A DNA stretch of 64,000 nt, from contig JAFGJH010000041.1 of assembly GCA_016929255.1 (NCBI GenBank), positions 4,313 through 68,312 of the forward strand, read 5' to 3'. Every line of letters begins with the position of its first letter. Position 1 is the stretch's first letter. The position numbers and the translations under genes were made by a program. Of this stretch, positions 27,050 to 36,055 are shown in pieces. The notes under the pieces are model-generated. The model searched no databases. It was not told the origin of the DNA and saw only the letters and a program-made list of their open reading frames with translations. The stretch comes from Candidatus Woesearchaeota archaeon. Its GTDB lineage: Archaea; Nanobdellota; Nanobdellia; Woesearchaeales; UBA11576.

Positions 27050-30000
27050 TCTGCTCACACTCAATATATGTTGTAGAGTATTTTATGCCTGGAGTCTCAT
27101 CAGTCGGAGACTCCAGCAGGACATGCAGGTTCGCTGCGTCAGAATCGTTCTGCCACTTGAAGCCATAGAAAGCCTCGAGCGCAGACGGGCTTGTTTTTGT
27201 CATGTAAATCCACGAGGAATCAAGCGCCCAGTCATAAGCCCCCGACTCGTTCACGCCCATCATGTACTGGTAGTACTTGTGCGGCATGGACAGGATGGAT
27301 GAGCTCTCCCAGAGATTTGTCGAGTAGACCCTCCCCTTTGCCTTCAGGTTGCCGTCATTCTCGAACGAGTAGGGCGGCGGATGGTTGTCAAGGGTGTCGT
27401 TTATGTGAGAGCCCCAGCCCTTCTGGTCGCAGATGGTCTGGTTGGGGTTGACGCACATGTTGCCGAAGTCCATCTCATCGCTTGGCTGGGTGCACGACGT
27501 TGTCGGCAGTATGCTAAAATTATAGACAACGCTCCACTCGCTGAGATTATAAGTGTCATCGGCCCTGACACGCCAATAATAAGTCGTGCTGAACTGCAGC
27601 CATGACAAGTCCCAGTAGTAAGTGAACGTGCTGCCTTCAGGGATGTCCATCTCCGCAACCTCAGGAGAGCCGAAATCAGAGTTGTCATCAACCTGAATCT
27701 CGTAAGTCACGCTGTCAGACAAGGTATGCTCAGGATTAAGCCAGCCATACACAGGGTTCCTCGAATCAGTGATTATGTCCTCCGCAGGTGGCTGCAAGAG
27801 TGTCGGCGGCTGTATCCTGTAATCTGTCCTGCTCGTTATCGGGCCCCAGTCAATGACATTTGCGCTGACATCACCTCCATTGACCGCGTTGTACGGGTAC
27901 TGCAGGCCGGCATCGCCGAAGCCGTTGTCCTGGGTGTCGTATATCTTGAGCAACTCAACACCGCCCCAGTAGTTACCGTGGGCGACGCTGCCCGATGTCG
28001 TGTTGAACTGGTTTCCCGCGGTGTCAGCGAAGGCATGGTAATCCGAGCTGTTCCTGAAACTGTTGTAATAAATCACATTGCCTGAAGATCCGCCTGTCAG
28101 ATAGGCACCATAAGTGCTGTTGAAGACCGAGTTGTTCCTTACTGTGGAGCCAGCAGTGCCGTCCAGATAAATGCCGTAAGTGTAATTAGAGGCATTGCAT
28201 GACTTCAATGTTATGTTTGTGAGGCTCCCTGCAGAGAAAGCCCTGCCTGTATCATTTCCAACCAGCAGGGTCCTGTCGCAGGTAAGCGTTATGTCGTTCG
28301 CCTTGAAGTTCACCAGGCCGTTGCCTGCAGCATCATCGACATAGTAAATGCCGCTGCAGAGCCAGGTGTCAGAGGTTAAGTTAAGGTCATCCCTCGGCGG
28401 GAATATGCTCGCGTTTGTGTCATCGCAGTCGTGATACAGATTATAGGTACAGCTGGTGATGTCGCTACCCTCAGCGCCATAGCCGTCGCCGTCCTCATCA
28501 GCGCAGTTCTTTATCGTGATCGGGCCCCAATCTGTCACGTTCACGCTGACCTTTCCGCTGAAAGTGGAGTTGTAGGGATACTCAGAGCCGAAATCACCAT
28601 AGCCGTCAAGATTCGTGTCATATATCTTCAGGCCAGAAACGTCATCCCAGAAGTTGCCCTGCGCAGCATCTCCGACAGTGGTGTTGAAATGGTTCTCGCT
28701 CCTGTCAGAGCAGGCATGATATACTCCGCTGCCCGTGAAGTTGTTATGGTGCAGGACATTGCCTGTCGAGTTGAGCAAGTAAACACCATATGTGCTGTTG
28801 AACAGCGAGTTGTTCAGGAATGTCGAGTCTGAAGTGCTGTTGAGGAAGATTCCTCTTGTGTAATTCTTGACCACGCAGCCTTCGACAGTAATGTTGTCCT
28901 TGCCGTTTGAGTAGAAGCCAAATCCCGAGATGTTCCCTATTATGGTAGTGTCATTGCACGTGGCAGTCACGCTGCCAGCGCCGAACTTTATCAGGCCGTC
29001 ACCAGCAGAGTCATTGAGGTAATATGTCCCGCTGCAGAATGTCACGTCCTGCGTGACCGTATAATCATCGTAAGGCGTCACGCAAGCGCTCTCAACCTCT
29101 GTATCGCAGCAGATCTTGGTCGCGTATGATCCCGCGCCAGTGCAGTTCCCGACCATGAGGTTGGTGTTGAGCCCTGTATCTGCCGACGATATCGAGGCAA
29201 CACATGTATCATAGGCCGAGCAGTCGGTGTTGTATGCGCATGTGATGTTGTAATTTTCAGTGCCGCTGAGGCAGATATCGTGAGGGTATGCGGCTTCGGA
29301 CACCTTCTCGACATGAGAGTTGGTCTCCGACTCCAGACGGAGTATGGGCTCTGCATCGGGGGCCGCGCAGTCCGTGCCGACTTTCTCTCCGTAGACCTCC
29401 CTGCAGCAAGCGATGTAGGGGTAGTTTGACTGCGTGTTCAACTCGGCATGAGCATTGAAAATGCTCGAGAGGCGGAACACTTCAGTGTATGAGCAATCAG
29501 GGGTGATTTCACAGTAGAGCTGGCTCACATAGTTCTCAGCCATAGCGTGCTGGTCGCCGAAAATGAAGAGAAGGTGGTGATGCCCTCCAGAGAGCTCAGT
29601 ATTGGTGAGGAACCCTGTCCCGTCACAGCTGTAGTCCTCGATGAACAGCGAGCTTATCACAATCGAGTCGTTCCCCGCGAGGTCAGAGTAGGTGTATGAA
29701 GCGCCATCATCCCCGATAAGCTTCATGCGGTAATGCGTGTACTCGCTGCCGCACCTGATCTCGATGAACAGCAGGTCATCCTCGGTGCTGTTGTCGTCTC
29801 TGAGGAATTCAGAGAACGTGGTGTTCATGACAGGGGTTATAGTCAGGTTAGCGGTCCCTTTGGTGGTGAAAAGCACAGTCCAATTGGCGCCCAAAGAAGG
29901 ATAGCTGTGCGTGTTTAAGATGCTTATAGCCTCACCGCCGCCAGTGCCTGTTATGCCTTCCACCCTGTACATCCTCACTCCTGCGATATCCACCTCTTCC

Positions 30001-32714
30001 ATCGTCACTGTCAGGGTCTCGGTCACCGTGGAATTACCTTCATCAGCCCTCGTCACATTGACCCTATTGACGCCAGGATATACATAGAACATCCCCCTGC
30101 AGCTTTCATTGACATCCATGATGGACTTTGCGTAAGGGCAGATGTAGGCGAGGCCTTCACCTGTCGACGGGATGTAAAGGGTCTTGGACGCGCTGACGAG
30201 CTCGCTCTGCTCCCTGACATCAACAGCTGATTTCCTCTCTGATGAAGATGACTCGACATTGATGCCGCTCAGGTCAATGTCAGACTCCGCATTGCCGAAA
30301 TATACCTCAAAAGAAGAGACATGGTTGCCTGACGCATCTTTCAGAAGGACAGCTTCAGTGCCGAACTGCCGCACCTCTGTCAGGTCGACAGCCTCATCAC
30401 CCTCAATTACTGCGGATGCATTGGCTTGGAGGGTGCGAACCCGCTTAGGGATGATGAGCATCTTGTCATACGCTGTAGCATAATCATACATCACGACACC
30501 ATCAGACCCGACTACAAAAGCTCCGGCAGAGGAATCTAAGCCCGCAATGGTGAGGTTATACCAGGACCACTCCCCTTCCTTAAGGGTGAGCGTGCTCAGG
30601 ATCCTGCCGGTGTTCTCCTCCATAAGGCGGATGGGCGCTGAATGCTCTGACCATGCATAAACGGATACGGTATCATTGTCTGACAGGCCAGAGCCGAATG
30701 CAAGCCTTAGCCTGTCGCCGCTTATCGTCGTTAAGTTCCCATCCTTTCCGGTCAGCATGGCGGTGACATCCTCCCCTGAAGAGAAGTTCTCTCCCAACAG
30801 CACTGCTGAAGCGAGGTCCACCTGAGGGATATCATAACTCAGGTCAAGCTCGTACTCCCGGCTCGAGAGGTGAGGCACAAGCCACTCTACGCGGTCAACC
30901 AAATAATCATTGTTCGAGTCGATGAACGTCAGGTTATCCACAGCCTCAACAGACGAGTCATTGTGCCTCCACTTCAGCTTCACAAGCCACTCCGGGACCC
31001 AGGCGACATCTGTATATGCGGTGACATTTGAGTAACCTATATCGCCGTAAATCACGACACTCTTGAGGTACTGGCTGTGCTCTGTCTCAGACTTCCAGGG
31101 ACCTGGCGTCTGGTATGATATTTCATATACCCTTGGAGCCGTCATGTTCTCTGTCAGGTTCATCTCGATATAGCTGCCTGAAATTTCAGGCAATGAATAG
31201 AGCACATCCTCTGAGATCAGGTCTAATGTCTCATTCACCACCCCTGTCGCGTTCCGGACAAGCTCCTCGATGGTCTCCGCACTGAAGAAGCTCCACTGCT
31301 GAGAGTACATGATTTCGTGGTTTAGCTCGCAGACAACATTCCAGGTGTGGGTACCGGGATCAAGACCAGTCACCTGGAAGAAGTTCAAGCCTTCAAGAAC
31401 GAGAATGTCGGTCTGGTTGACATTGCCGTCCAGGTGAAGGAGGCACTGGTCAAACTCCCTGTCAGTCTCGTAAAGCAGGTTGAAATTCCTTCCTCCTGTC
31501 TCATTGTCAGAGGGACTCAGAAGCCTGACAGGATGAGAATCAAGGGTGGCAGAGCCACTGACGCCGAAAAGCGAAGACAGCCAGCCAAAGAACTGCTGCA
31601 TAAGCCCTTTGTCTGTCTTGGCAGGGAATGCCGAGTACACACTCATAGGTGTGGGGCTCTCTATCCTTTGGACAGTCACCCTGGAACCCTCGAGGGTGAG
31701 GAAAACCGCTCTGCCGAATGCAATCCTGTCTTCACAGACCTTTTCACGGGAGGGAACCGCCGCCGCAGCCATTGCCTGCCCTTCCTGCCCCCCGCTGACA
31801 AGAGGAGTCTTGTAGACCTCGATGTATGAGGCCTGGTACGGGACAAAAGCCCTGATGACAACCTCTCCTGTCCTGTTAATGAATATCCGCCTTGTCCAAT
31901 TGACAGGGTTTCCCACCCTTGCGGAGCCCTGGACAAGCTCGCTCTGCAGCTCAGTGAAATCGGAAAAGTTGACGCTTATGTTGGTCAAGTTGAGCTCCAC
32001 GCTCATGTTGGCTGTAAAGTTGGAGATGTTGGCGACCGCAGTGAAGCTCTGCACATCGCTGGACCAATCGCCGAAAGCGCCGGAACAGTGTATCTTCCAG
32101 AGATACTCGCCGGGCTGGAGGTCCAGTGCCTCGAAATGGTTGAACCCTATCGGCGGGGTGTGCTTCTCAGCGGCAAGCCAGAACTCCTCCTGCAGGTACC
32201 TGTACAGGAAATAGAGGCCGCAAGTGTCTATTGAGGCGTTGCCACCGAGCTCGTATGAAAGGTTCACGCGCTCAGGGACGACCGATGAATCTTCAGGAGA
32301 GAGAATGGTTATGGTCAGCTCCTGAGAGATTTCCTGCAGCACCTCCGTAGTCATGTTGGTAATGTTGGTCTCGTTGGTTATGTCCGTAATCTCTGTCATG
32401 TTGGTGATGTTCGAAGTCAGGTTCAACGTAAGGTTGAGTGTCTCGTTGACAGCAGCATTCGTGAGATTTGTTTCATTGGTAATGGCTGTGTCGGTAATGT
32501 TGGTCAAGTTTTCAGTCTCATTAATCACTGAAAAACCGGTCATGCCCGCATTGCCTAAGAAATGCAGGAGTGAGAAAACGACCATTATGCTGAACAGAAT
32601 GATCAATATGTCTTTGGATGCCGAGTAACCAGGGGAATCGCCGAGCACATCATCCGCAGAGTTTTCCCTATGACCAGCAATCCCTTCTGATACCGCTTCA
32701 CCAGAGTTTTTCAT
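27033..32714 (-). CDS. giant (1893 aa) N-glycosylation-rich surface protein with two parallel beta-helix (PbH1/NosD-like) modules and Ig/FN3-like domains
   Basis: N-terminal TM/signal anchor (ILIILFSIMVVFSLLHFL). There are 13 N-x-T sequons in 57 aa. Duplicated modules CSGTYYLNDSAGDGLIKF...NNSLFNSTYGVYL...DWGPIT and CSGIYYVDDAAGNGLVNF...NNSVFNSTYGAYL...DWGPIT. The 3' end overlaps or abuts the next gene. Confidence 0.85.
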   Translation of the reverse strand: MKNSGEAVSEGIAGHRENSADDVLGDSPGYSASKDILIILFSIMVVFSLLHFLGNAGMTGFSVINETENLTNITDTAITNETNLTNAAVNETLNLTLNLTSNITNMTEITDITNETNITNMTTEVLQEISQELTITILSPEDSSVVPERVNLSYELGGNASIDTCGLYFLYRYLQEEFWLAAEKHTPPIGFNHFEALDLQPGEYLWKIHCSGAFGDWSSDVQSFTAVANISNFTANMSVELNLTNISVNFSDFTELQSELVQGSARVGNPVNWTRRIFINRTGEVVIRAFVPYQASYIEVYKTPLVSGGQEGQAMAAAAVPSREKVCEDRIAFGRAVFLTLEGSRVTVQRIESPTPMSVYSAFPAKTDKGLMQQFFGWLSSLFGVSGSATLDSHPVRLLSPSDNETGGRNFNLLYETDREFDQCLLHLDGNVNQTDILVLEGLNFFQVTGLDPGTHTWNVVCELNHEIMYSQQWSFFSAETIEELVRNATGVVNETLDLISEDVLYSLPEISGSYIEMNLTENMTAPRVYEISYQTPGPWKSETEHSQYLKSVVIYGDIGYSNVTAYTDVAWVPEWLVKLKWRHNDSSVEAVDNLTFIDSNNDYLVDRVEWLVPHLSSREYELDLSYDIPQVDLASAVLLGENFSSGEDVTAMLTGKDGNLTTISGDRLRLAFGSGLSDNDTVSVYAWSEHSAPIRLMEENTGRILSTLTLKEGEWSWYNLTIAGLDSSAGAFVVGSDGVVMYDYATAYDKMLIIPKRVRTLQANASAVIEGDEAVDLTEVRQFGTEAVLLKDASGNHVSSFEVYFGNAESDIDLSGINVESSSSERKSAVDVREQSELVSASKTLYIPSTGEGLAYICPYAKSIMDVNESCRGMFYVYPGVNRVNVTRADEGNSTVTETLTVTMEEVDIAGVRMYRVEGITGTGGGEAISILNTHSYPSLGANWTVLFTTKGTANLTITPVMNTTFSEFLRDDNSTEDDLLFIEIRCGSEYTHYRMKLIGDDGASYTYSDLAGNDSIVISSLFIEDYSCDGTGFLTNTELSGGHHHLLFIFGDQHAMAENYVSQLYCEITPDCSYTEVFRLSSIFNAHAELNTQSNYPYIACCREVYGEKVGTDCAAPDAEPILRLESETNSHVEKVSEAAYPHDICLSGTENYNITCAYNTDCSAYDTCVASISSADTGLNTNLMVGNCTGAGSYATKICCDTEVESACVTPYDDYTVTQDVTFCSGTYYLNDSAGDGLIKFGAGSVTATCNDTTIIGNISGFGFYSNGKDNITVEGCVVKNYTRGIFLNSTSDSTFLNNSLFNSTYGVYLLNSTGNVLHHNNFTGSGVYHACSDRSENHFNTTVGDAAQGNFWDDVSGLKIYDTNLDGYGDFGSEYPYNSTFSGKVSVNVTDWGPITIKNCADEDGDGYGAEGSDITSCTYNLYHDCDDTNASIFPPRDDLNLTSDTWLCSGIYYVDDAAGNGLVNFKANDITLTCDRTLLVGNDTGRAFSAGSLTNITLKSCNASNYTYGIYLDGTAGSTVRNNSVFNSTYGAYLTGGSSGNVIYYNSFRNSSDYHAFADTAGNQFNTTSGSVAHGNYWGGVELLKIYDTQDNGFGDAGLQYPYNAVNGGDVSANVIDWGPITSRTDYRIQPPTLLQPPAEDIITDSRNPVYGWLNPEHTLSDSVTYEIQVDDNSDFGSPEVAEMDIPEGSTFTYYWDLSWLQFSTTYYWRVRADDTYNLSEWSVVYNFSILPTTSCTQPSDEMDFGNMCVNPNQTICDQKGWGSHINDTLDNHPPPYSFENDGNLKAKGRVYSTNLWESSSILSMPHKYYQYMMGVNESGAYDWALDSSWIYMTKTSPSALEAFYGFKWQNDSDAANLHVLLESPTDETPGIKYSTTYIECEQNETYY

Positions 32715-32717
32715 TTT

Positions 32718-32756
32718 GTGTGTATTAATACATATTTAATATACATTTATACACAC
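32718..32756. promoter_or_regulatory. inverted repeat overlapping the predicted TATA box of the giant surface-protein gene
   Basis: GTGTGTAT (32718-32725) and ATACACAC (32749-32756) are perfect 8-bp inverted arms 23 nt apart. The minus-strand TATAAATG (32744-32751) lies ~33 nt upstream of ATG 32714. Confidence 0.45.
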
Positions 32757-32907
32757 AAGTATTTAAATGCTTTTATGCGCTTAAAACAGCCAGGAAGGCA
32801 GATCAGACCTGCTGCAAAATCCTTTAAAAGCAGGCAGAGCAGGCTCTACCATAACAAATAAATACAAGTAGCAGTTCAATAATAGCATAAAAACAGGGGG
32901 TATAGCA

Positions 32908-33651
32908 ATGAAACTTACTCTAGCAGAACCGAACTACCTAAAAGACAGCGTCTCAATCATCTCAGAGCTCGTAAATGAGGCCTCTTTCAAGATCAAAACC
33001 AATTCCATGGAACTTGTGGCCATGGACCCTGCGAACGTGGCGATGGTCATATTCAAACTCCTGTCCAGCGCATTCACTGAATATAAGGTAGAGAAGGAGA
33101 CAGACCTTGCGATAAACCTCACCAACCTCAAGCAGATACTCAAGAGGGCCAAATCCTCAGATTCACTCACCATGGAGATAGAGGAGGACAAGCTCAAGAT
33201 AACCCTCCAGGGCAACTCAACAAGGACATTCTACCTGCCGATAATAGACATAGAGGAAAAGGAGCAGAGGATACCAGACCTCCACTTCCCTGTCACGATA
33301 AAGACAAAGACAGATGTCCTGAACGACGCGATAGATGACGTGGACGTGGTCGCAGAGTCAGTAAGCTTCATCATAGAGCCAAAGAAGATGACAATACTGG
33401 CCGAAGGGGACCTCAGCAAGGCAAAGATAGAGATACCATCCAAAGGCGATACCATAATAGTCTCAGACACGCCCGACAAGATAAGGGCAAAGTACTCGAT
33501 AGAATACCTCAAGAAGATGATAACAGCATCAAAGCTGGCGAACGAGGTCACGATACAGTTCAACAAGGACTATCCTCTCAAGCTCGAGTACAAGTCAGTT
33601 GACAAGCTCTTCATGAGCTTCATACTCGCGCCGAGAGTGGAGAACGACTGA
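32908..33651 (+). CDS. pcn: DNA polymerase sliding clamp (PCNA)
   Basis: 247-aa ORF with an archaeal PCNA-like N-terminus (LKDSVSIISELVNEASFKIKTNSMELVAMDPANVAMV) and the expected length. Confidence 0.88.
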   Translation: MKLTLAEPNYLKDSVSIISELVNEASFKIKTNSMELVAMDPANVAMVIFKLLSSAFTEYKVEKETDLAINLTNLKQILKRAKSSDSLTMEIEEDKLKITLQGNSTRTFYLPIIDIEEKEQRIPDLHFPVTIKTKTDVLNDAIDDVDVVAESVSFIIEPKKMTILAEGDLSKAKIEIPSKGDTIIVSDTPDKIRAKYSIEYLKKMITASKLANEVTIQFNKDYPLKLEYKSVDKLFMSFILAPRVEND

Positions 33652-33687
33652 AGAGGCGGTCGCCGACTTCAACGGAGTTGTCGTGTG

Positions 33688-34170
33688 ATGAGGCCTGTCA
33701 CGCTCGTATATTGTCTGCGCGAAGATTCTGTTCTATTAGGCCTGAAAAAGCGCGGTTTCGGCGCAGCAAAGCTGAACGGCTACGGCGGAAAGGTCCATGA
33801 GGGAGAGACTGTCGAACAGGCAGCAGTCAGAGAACTGAAAGAGGAAGCAAAAATAGATGCATACCCTTCTGACCTGGAAAAAGTCGCTGAGATAGACTTC
33901 TTTTTTGCCGATGTCCCGAAGGAAAAAGGCTGGGACCAGACAGTGCACGTGTATTTCCTCAGCAGATGGATAGGCGAACCTAAAGAGACAGAGGAGATGA
34001 AACCCGTATGGCATTCCCAGAAAGCACTTCCCACAGACAGGATGTGGGCGGATGACCCTTACTGGCTGCCGGAGGTGTTTGGCGGACGAAAACTACGCGC
34101 CTCTTTCACATTCAGCAAGCAAGGGGAATCTGTCAAGGATTATTCTATCGATTTTGTATATTCCCTGTGA
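33688..34170 (+). CDS. NUDIX hydrolase (MTH1/MutT-like)
   Basis: Nudix box GGKVHEGETVEQAAVRELKEEAKI. The context NGYGGKV resembles 8-oxo-dGTPase-type enzymes. Confidence 0.8.
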   Translation: MRPVTLVYCLREDSVLLGLKKRGFGAAKLNGYGGKVHEGETVEQAAVRELKEEAKIDAYPSDLEKVAEIDFFFADVPKEKGWDQTVHVYFLSRWIGEPKETEEMKPVWHSQKALPTDRMWADDPYWLPEVFGGRKLRASFTFSKQGESVKDYSIDFVYSL

Positions 34171-34176
34171 ATTTTC

Positions 34177-35346
34177 CTATGAACGCAGATTCAGCTCAGC
34201 CACCGCCTCAACATGATTCGTCTGCGGGAACAGGTCGAAGAGCGCGAGGGATTTCAGTTCGTATTCTATGGCAAGGACCTTCAGCTCTTTGGCCATCTGC
34301 TGGGGATTGCATGAGACATAAACGATGACCTCGGGCCTGAGCTGCAGAAGCCTCTTGAGCGTCTTTGGGTGCATGCCGCTCCTCGGAGGATCAGTCACCA
34401 CGAACAGCCGCCTCCCCTTATACCTGTCCGCCAATGACTTCTTGCTTATGCCTGAAGCATCAAGACAGACCGCTTCCGTGTTCTTCAGCCTGTTTCTCTC
34501 GATGTTCATCTTCGCGCACACGATGCTCTCAGGAACAGACTCCCCAATCAGACAGTCCCTGAACATGCCTGCAAGAGAGACTCCGAAAGTGCCCACGCCG
34601 CCATAAAGGTCAAGGAGAGAGGCATCATTGGTGCAGTGCTTCTCCAGAAGAGACCGCAAATACTCCACCATCCTCTGCGCCATCGCAGAGTTGTTCTGGA
34701 AAAAACCCTGGCTATGGAAACAAAGGACTGTGCCTGAAAACTCCTCCTCGAGGAACACATCACCCTTGACTGCAAAGAAATCATCAGAGACGCTGACATC
34801 AGTCCTGCTGTGCACCCTTGCTATGACAACATTCTCTGCAGAAGTGCTCTCTGCAAAGGACTTAATCAGATCGATATGCGCAGACTGCCTCTGCGAGTCA
34901 GAATTCAGCACGAATGAGACTGCCGAGGAGGACGCAAACTCAGAAGCCCTGATGAGCGCATAGCGCAAAGTGCCCTTCTTTGTCCGGATATCAAACGGGT
35001 CAATCGCTTCCCTGTTCCTCCCAAACCAGTCCCAGACCTCGGCAAGAAGAGAATTAAGTTTATTGTTGGATATCTCGCAACGCTTCACGGCGACGATGCG
35101 GTCGAACTGGCCCTTTTTCCTGAAACCAACACCGTCCTGGAAGAAGATGAAATCCATCCTGTTCCTGTAATGATAAGGCTCACCGTGGAATACTTCAGTT
35201 TCGCCGGGCAAAGCTATGCCGCTCTTCCTGAGTGCAGAGAGGACAAGCTCTTTCTTGTTCTTCAGCTGTAGCTCATAAGGCACGTGCTGAGAGACGCAGC
35301 CGCCGCACTCCCCGAAGTAAGGGCATGGAGGTTTTATGGGTTCCAT
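34177..35346 (-). CDS. RumA/TrmA-family RNA (uracil-5-)-methyltransferase
   Basis: N-terminal Cys cluster CPYFGECGGC, SAM-binding region, DPPRSG, and the catalytic VSCNP motif. There is no N-terminal TRAM domain. Confidence 0.8.
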   Translation of the reverse strand: MEPIKPPCPYFGECGGCVSQHVPYELQLKNKKELVLSALRKSGIALPGETEVFHGEPYHYRNRMDFIFFQDGVGFRKKGQFDRIVAVKRCEISNNKLNSLLAEVWDWFGRNREAIDPFDIRTKKGTLRYALIRASEFASSSAVSFVLNSDSQRQSAHIDLIKSFAESTSAENVVIARVHSRTDVSVSDDFFAVKGDVFLEEEFSGTVLCFHSQGFFQNNSAMAQRMVEYLRSLLEKHCTNDASLLDLYGGVGTFGVSLAGMFRDCLIGESVPESIVCAKMNIERNRLKNTEAVCLDASGISKKSLADRYKGRRLFVVTDPPRSGMHPKTLKRLLQLRPEVIVYVSCNPQQMAKELKVLAIEYELKSLALFDLFPQTNHVEAVAELNLRS

Positions 35347-35382
35347 AAACCCAGGATATCTGGAGTGCTTTTTATTGTTTTC

Positions 35383-35832
35383 CTAAACCTTGTCCTTCAC
35401 AGTCTCCCATGTCCGCTGCATCACTCCGATCCAGCCCCTCAAAAAAGAATTCCTGTGGAACGGATGCCTGAACCTCTTCTCAAGAGAACAGCGTTCTATG
35501 TGATCCTCAATCTCCTCAGGAAGGACAAACCTTTTCCTCTCAGAAAACACCATCGAGCCCCAATACCTCAACTGGTCGTAGCTGGACCTTGAAAGAAAAT
35601 CCTGCGCAAGCCTTACACCCAGATTGAAGCTCTCCATGCGCTGGCCCTGGACATCCGACCTAAGGCGCTCGATGAGCTTCCTGGTCTGCTCGACCATCGG
35701 CGGGACATCCGCGATCAGCTCAACCTCCTTCAGCAGTGCGTTCGAGCATACCTTAGATATGTTCAGCCGGTCCTTGTGCTCCCTGACCTTAGCCAGGACC
35801 TCATCAGGGATGTGGATGGAGATCTTTGCCAT
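35383..35832 (-). CDS. protein with N-terminal ribbon-helix-helix-like segment and uncharacterised C-terminal domain
   Basis: 149-aa ORF. AKISIHIPDEVLAKVREHKDRLNISKVCSNALLKEV looks RHH/CopG-like. A GAGGAG Shine-Dalgarno lies ~8 nt upstream, so the mRNA leader must run through repeat 35860-36055. Confidence 0.6.
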   Translation of the reverse strand: MAKISIHIPDEVLAKVREHKDRLNISKVCSNALLKEVELIADVPPMVEQTRKLIERLRSDVQGQRMESFNLGVRLAQDFLSRSSYDQLRYWGSMVFSERKRFVLPEEIEDHIERCSLEKRFRHPFHRNSFLRGWIGVMQRTWETVKDKV

Positions 35833-35859
35833 GTTTAGCTCCTCTATGAAAAACCAATC

Positions 35860-36055
35860 TGCCGCGAGCAGTGCTGCAGCACAGCGACGCTTGTTTTACC
35901 TGCGCCGCCACCAGAGCGCCCGCTCTGCATGATCTGCTGAGTGTATTTCCGAGAGTTTGGTCTGTCGCATATTGTTCCACCAGCTCGCAAGGCGCTGGTG
36001 GCGGCGTTAGTTTAATCTCTCGCAGGCTGGCGTTGCCTGCCTTGCCTGTGGCGAT
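35860..36055. repeat. GC-rich hairpin-bounded intergenic element (subfamily shared with 46350-46467 and 53919-54026)
   Basis: GCAGTGCTGCAGCACAGCGACGCT (35868-) matches 46355- at 23 of 24 positions. CCAGCTCGCAAGG is shared with 53999-. There is an extra inverted repeat GCAGGC..GCCTGC at 36022-36040. Confidence 0.75.
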
